DNA of 64,000 bases. Origin: Verrucomicrobiaceae bacterium (GTDB lineage: Bacteria > Verrucomicrobiota > Verrucomicrobiia > Verrucomicrobiales > Akkermansiaceae). The notes under the pieces are model-generated. The model saw nothing but the letters and a program-made list of their open reading frames with translations, had not been told where the DNA came from and ran no database searches. This document shows, piece by piece, positions 58,808 to 64,000 of this stretch (positions are counted from its first letter, which is position 1; every line of letters begins with the position of its first letter). Location: positions 1 to 64,000 of the forward strand of contig JBPOGH010000012.1 in the NCBI GenBank assembly GCA_051252135.1, written 5' to 3'. Both the position numbers and the translations under genes were made by a program.

Positions 58808-59493
58808 AGCTCGTCCTGAGTGCCGAACACGCCGGAAACATCATCCCACCCCCATATCGGCACCTCTTCCCGGATCAAAGCGTCCTCAACACCCACCTCG
58901 CTTACGATCCGGGCACCGCCGCTCTCTTCGACCACCTCGCCCCCCTCACCCCGCACCACCACCGCACCTCCGTCAGCCGACTCCTCATCGAGGCCAACCG
59001 CTCACTCCATCACCCCAAGCTCTTCTCATCCCACACCACGCACCTCTCCAAAGCCGAAAAACAAACCCTCATCGGCGAACACTACCTCCCCTACCGAAAC
59101 GCCGTCCAAACAGACATCCGCACCCTCATTCAAGCCGGAGAACACGTCCTCCACCTCTCACTTCACTCCTTCACCCCCCAACTCAACGGACATATCAGGG
59201 CCTGTGACCTCGCCCTCCTCTACGATCCCTCCCGAATCGGAGAGAAAAACCTCTCCTCCCAATTCCTCGCAGAGCTCCACCACAAACAACCCCGGCTCCG
59301 CCTCCGCAAAAACTTTCCCTACCGGGGCACCGCCGATGGCTTCACCACCGCACTCCGCAAAACTTTCCCCTCCGCCTACCTCGGTATCGAACTCGAGATC
59401 AACCAGGCCCTCATCGCCCAAAAATCCCCCCAACGCACCCGGCTCTTTAACACCCTCTCCTCCCTATTGAGCCACCTCTGCGATCCGGACTAA
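58804..59493 (+). CDS. N-formylglutamate amidohydrolase family protein
   Basis: SAEHAGN, YDPG, SRLLIEANR, HYLPYR, LHSFTP and GIELEINQ. Confidence 0.9.
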   Translation: MKLVLSAEHAGNIIPPPYRHLFPDQSVLNTHLAYDPGTAALFDHLAPLTPHHHRTSVSRLLIEANRSLHHPKLFSSHTTHLSKAEKQTLIGEHYLPYRNAVQTDIRTLIQAGEHVLHLSLHSFTPQLNGHIRACDLALLYDPSRIGEKNLSSQFLAELHHKQPRLRLRKNFPYRGTADGFTTALRKTFPSAYLGIELEINQALIAQKSPQRTRLFNTLSSLLSHLCDPD

Positions 59494-59879
59494 ACCTCCG
59501 TCCCCCGCTCCCCCTCTTGCTGACTCAGCAACCGCCCCACCGTTTCCAGCAACTCGGGAAACTCAAAGGGCTTCTGTAAAAACACATTCGCACCCGCATC
59601 CACCATCGCCTCCTGCCGATCCTCCGCACTGATCCCGATGATCGGGAGCTTCCGGAACTTCTTCCGTAGATCCCTCACCGCCTTCTCCCCCCGCATCCCC
59701 GGCAAATTGGAATCGATGATCAACAAATCCGGCTTCACTACCCCAAATGTCACCAGACACGACTCGGCATCCTCCAGCGCCACCGCATGATATCCCATTG
59801 CATTGAATATCTCCACCGCGCAGTCAGCGAAACTGGTGGAATCATCCACCACCAATATCTCCGTCACATCAGCTTTCAT
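59490..59879 (-). CDS. Single-domain response regulator (receiver)
   Basis: ILVVDD, LLIID..LPGMRG and FLQKPF. Confidence 0.92.
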   Translation of the reverse strand: MKADVTEILVVDDSTSFADCAVEIFNAMGYHAVALEDAESCLVTFGVVKPDLLIIDSNLPGMRGEKAVRDLRKKFRKLPIIGISAEDRQEAMVDAGANVFLQKPFEFPELLETVGRLLSQQEGERGTEV

Positions 59880-59889
59880 ACCTCACTTT

Positions 59890-59906
59890 TGCACTCCCGG
59901 TGCCAA
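59890..59906 (-). promoter_or_regulatory. sigma54 (-24/-12) promoter of the receiver-domain gene
   Basis: Minus strand TTGGCACCGGGAGTGCA (GG-N10-GC); IHF-like AATCAA-GGAT-TTT at about 59921-59933. Confidence 0.75.
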
Positions 59907-60025
59907 TTCTTAAAAACTCCAAAATCCTTGATTCTAAAAGACATCCCAAACATTACCCCCAACCCAACCACAATTTTTCATGTATCGGGAGTGGGCAAGC
60001 TGCGCCCTTACTTTACAATGTGCCC

Positions 60026-61351
60026 GTGCCCGGTTCCCGTCAGCCTCTAAAACTCCTCGTTTCCGTCTTCCTGCTCCTCCTCTTGGTCGCCATTACCATC
60101 ACCTCCATCGTGGGTATTCGCTCCATCGGCCGCATCGATGAAATCAATGCCGCCTCCAAGGAACTCGACGAACGAAACCTCAAATTCGCCCCCTCCCTCC
60201 GCTCCCAAATCTACCGCCTCCACGCCGCCGCACAACGGGACCTCCTCGAGCACCAGGACTCTCCCTCCCATCGCTACCTCCACCTCAAGTCCGAACTCCT
60301 CGACTACCTCGAAAGCAAAGCCTCCAGCTTCAACCACGGCGACGAAGAGGAGCTCTACACAGCCCTCCGCAGCAAGCTCACCCTCTTTCTCGGCCAGCTC
60401 GACCACCTCCGCGAGCAAACTCCCGCCGACCAACCCCGTTTCTCGGCCGAAATCCAGGAAACCCGGGACGAGCTTATCGAAAGCATCCAGCAACTCGGAG
60501 ACTCCCGCCGCGCCACCTTCAATACCTCCGTTCAGGAATACAAATCTCTGGTCGATCGCGTCCGCGTCATCATCCCCATCGCCCTCGTCTCCCTGATTCT
60601 CTCTCTTCTCGTCATCGCCTGGCTCGCTCGCGCCGCCTTCCTCCGCCCGATTCAAGACAGCCTCGCCGCAGCTCAAAAATCCGTCTCCACCCGCGATAAC
60701 CTCGCCACCATCGGAACCCTCGCCTCCGGCGTCGCCCACGAAATCCGAAACCCCATCACCACCATCAAGGCCCGCCTCTTCGCCATGAATGAGCTCTCAC
60801 GCGGAAATGAAAGCCTCACCCGCCAAGTCGATGCCATCCAGGGGGAAACCAACCGCATGGAGCGCCTCATTCAGGATTTTCTCCAATTCGCTCGCCCTGC
60901 CGAAACTGAACTCCAGTCACTCGACCTCACCCACTTCCTCGAAGAAATCCACAATCTCGTAACTCCCGAAATGAACCAACGGGAGATTGCCTTCCAGCTC
61001 GGAACCCTCGATCCCGCCCCCCTTCGCGCTGACTCCGAACAACTCAAACAAGTCCTCCTCAACCTCCTTCGCAATGCCGCAGAAGCATGCCTCCCCGAGG
61101 GCGGACAAGTCATCCTCTCCTCCTCCCGCAACGCCAACCGCGTCGATATCCAGGTAAGCGACAATGGCAGCGGCATCCGGCAGGAGCACCGCAGTCGGGT
61201 CTTCGACCCCTTCTTCAGCAAAAAAAAGGGCGGCACCGGACTCGGCCTCGCCATCTGCCGAAACATCATCGAAGCCCACCACGGCTCCCTCACTTTCGAG
61301 AGTGATGAAGACCGGGGCACCACCTTTACCATCTCCCTCCCCATCGCCTAA
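60026..61351 (+). CDS. Membrane sensor histidine kinase (NtrB/AtoS-like)
   Basis: Two TMs around a helical periplasmic domain; AHEIRNP, QVLLNLLRNA, DNGSG, FDPFFS and GTGLGL. GTG start is inferred from TACAAT-N6-GTG. Confidence 0.92.
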   Translation: MPGSRQPLKLLVSVFLLLLLVAITITSIVGIRSIGRIDEINAASKELDERNLKFAPSLRSQIYRLHAAAQRDLLEHQDSPSHRYLHLKSELLDYLESKASSFNHGDEEELYTALRSKLTLFLGQLDHLREQTPADQPRFSAEIQETRDELIESIQQLGDSRRATFNTSVQEYKSLVDRVRVIIPIALVSLILSLLVIAWLARAAFLRPIQDSLAAAQKSVSTRDNLATIGTLASGVAHEIRNPITTIKARLFAMNELSRGNESLTRQVDAIQGETNRMERLIQDFLQFARPAETELQSLDLTHFLEEIHNLVTPEMNQREIAFQLGTLDPAPLRADSEQLKQVLLNLLRNAAEACLPEGGQVILSSSRNANRVDIQVSDNGSGIRQEHRSRVFDPFFSKKKGGTGLGLAICRNIIEAHHGSLTFESDEDRGTTFTISLPIA

Positions 61352-61354
61352 GAT

Positions 61355-62773
<1,419 letters not shown>

Positions 62774-62775
62774 CC

Positions 62776-64000
62776 TCACTCCTCCAATGGCGGAGCAGGC
62801 GTCGGGGGCGAGGAAATCTCCGCCTCCGCACGCTTCGGGAAGACCGCATTTTCCCAGACCTGTTTGCCGGTATTATCCTTCACTGAGTTCTTCTCAAACG
62901 CAACCAGTGTCACCCCGGCCTCGATCACAATCCCGGCCTCCCCATTCTTCGTCACCCGATTCCCCGTGATCGAGGTCTCTTTCGATTCATCCTGCACCAC
63001 AATCCCCCCGAGCTGGTTCTCATGGATATCGCAATCATCGATCAAACCCACCGTCATCCCGGAAAAAAGAATACCCACCTCGCGATTGTTCTCGCTCCGC
63101 GACGAGCGGATTTCCAAAGCCATCTTCGGAGCCATCGCCACCAAACCCGCACGCCCGTTTTTCGAAAACTGGGACTCTGAAATCCTACCCGATCCGCCAT
63201 CCCAAAAATCAACTCCATGATGAAGATTTTCCCGGGAAATCACGTTATCAAGCGTCACCGAAGCCTCTTCTCCTCTCACCGCCACCCCATCCCAGCCACA
63301 CTCACTGATCTCACACTGCGCCAGCTGCGCCTTCCCTCCCTCAATAATTGCCAAACCGTGGCCGCTGGCCTTGCTGATCAGCGCATCCTCCAACTGAAGA
63401 CGGGCTCCAACCACCGCAACCACCGGAAAACGCTCCTTATCGTTGACCAATCCCCGATGACGCAAGGTCAGGGATGCAATCCGCACCCGGGGTCCCGGTT
63501 TCCCAATCGTAATCACTGACCCATCCGCACCGTCACACTCAATAATCGTACTCTTTCGGCTCTCCCCGACCAACTCGATCCCCGCCGGAACCACCAACGA
63601 CTCCTGATAAGTTCCCTTCGCCAGCAGAATCCGATCATTCGCCCTCGCTGCAGCCAGAGCCTCCTTGATCGTCTTAAACTCTCCCGGCACACGCAAGACA
63701 CGCCCATAGGCGGACATCTTCTGATAAAGCTCACGCACCTCGTCATTCGGATCCAGCCGCATCGCCTCCTTCAACAAGCCCAGTGCCTCAGTCGAATAAA
63801 CCCCCTTGTCGAGCTCCCGTGCTTTCAAGAGCAGCACATTCGCTGCCGCCCGATCCTTCTCCATCCGCTCTTTCACCTCCGCAATCCTCTTCTTCAAACC
63901 CGGAATCTCGGCATGCCTCGGATGAATCTTCATCAACTCCCCCAGATTCTTCTCCGCCAGCGTCCAATCCCCCTCATCAACCGCTTTCTGCGTCGCCTTG
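62776..64000 (-). CDS. Right-handed beta-helix repeat protein with TPR-like helices (5' end outside the window)
   Basis: VPGEFKTIKEAL...ILLAKGTY followed by parallel beta-helix repeats; the frame is open to the window edge. Confidence 0.85.
   Translation of the reverse strand, partial: KATQKAVDEGDWTLAEKNLGELMKIHPRHAEIPGLKKRIAEVKERMEKDRAAANVLLLKARELDKGVYSTEALGLLKEAMRLDPNDEVRELYQKMSAYGRVLRVPGEFKTIKEALAAARANDRILLAKGTYQESLVVPAGIELVGESRKSTIIECDGADGSVITIGKPGPRVRIASLTLRHRGLVNDKERFPVVAVVGARLQLEDALISKASGHGLAIIEGGKAQLAQCEISECGWDGVAVRGEEASVTLDNVISRENLHHGVDFWDGGSGRISESQFSKNGRAGLVAMAPKMALEIRSSRSENNREVGILFSGMTVGLIDDCDIHENQLGGIVVQDESKETSITGNRVTKNGEAGIVIEAGVTLVAFEKNSVKDNTGKQVWENAVFPKRAEAEISSPPTPAPPLEE

Overview
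A 64 kb bacterial chromosomal segment, most likely from a Verrucomicrobiota member. The evidence is a PEP-CTERM protein, an Amuc_1098-like secretin, a planctomycete-type cytochrome c protein and an archaeal/eukaryote-type ProRS. Most of it is housekeeping and envelope DNA: hrpB, tatA, proS, tRNA-Ser(GGA), menA/menB, a class A PBP, ActP-like symporter, Aas-like ligase, parE/parC, tRNA-Arg(CCG) and an Lhr-type helicase with PdeM. The most notable block is 51.6-62.8 kb. There a poly-gamma-glutamate synthase module (pgsB-pgsC-pgsW) is co-oriented with a secreted helical protein and a C39-like peptidase / RimK-type ATP-grasp / GCS2 carboxylate-amine ligase / N-formylglutamate amidohydrolase cassette. 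Next to it are a sensor kinase, a sigma54 activator and a lone receiver protein. Two sigma54 promoters, each with an IHF-like site and shared upstream motifs, are visible. Other signals not in the ORF track: a 47-aa leaderless ORF ending in a beta-clamp-like motif just downstream of parC, a candidate + strand small RNA at about 14.4 kb, a MITE-like palindrome after tatA, an ECF promoter, a PBP with a degenerate transpeptidase site and repeated leaderless promoter architecture. All calls come from reading motifs by eye; no database searches were run. No CRISPR array, integrase or transposase was seen.
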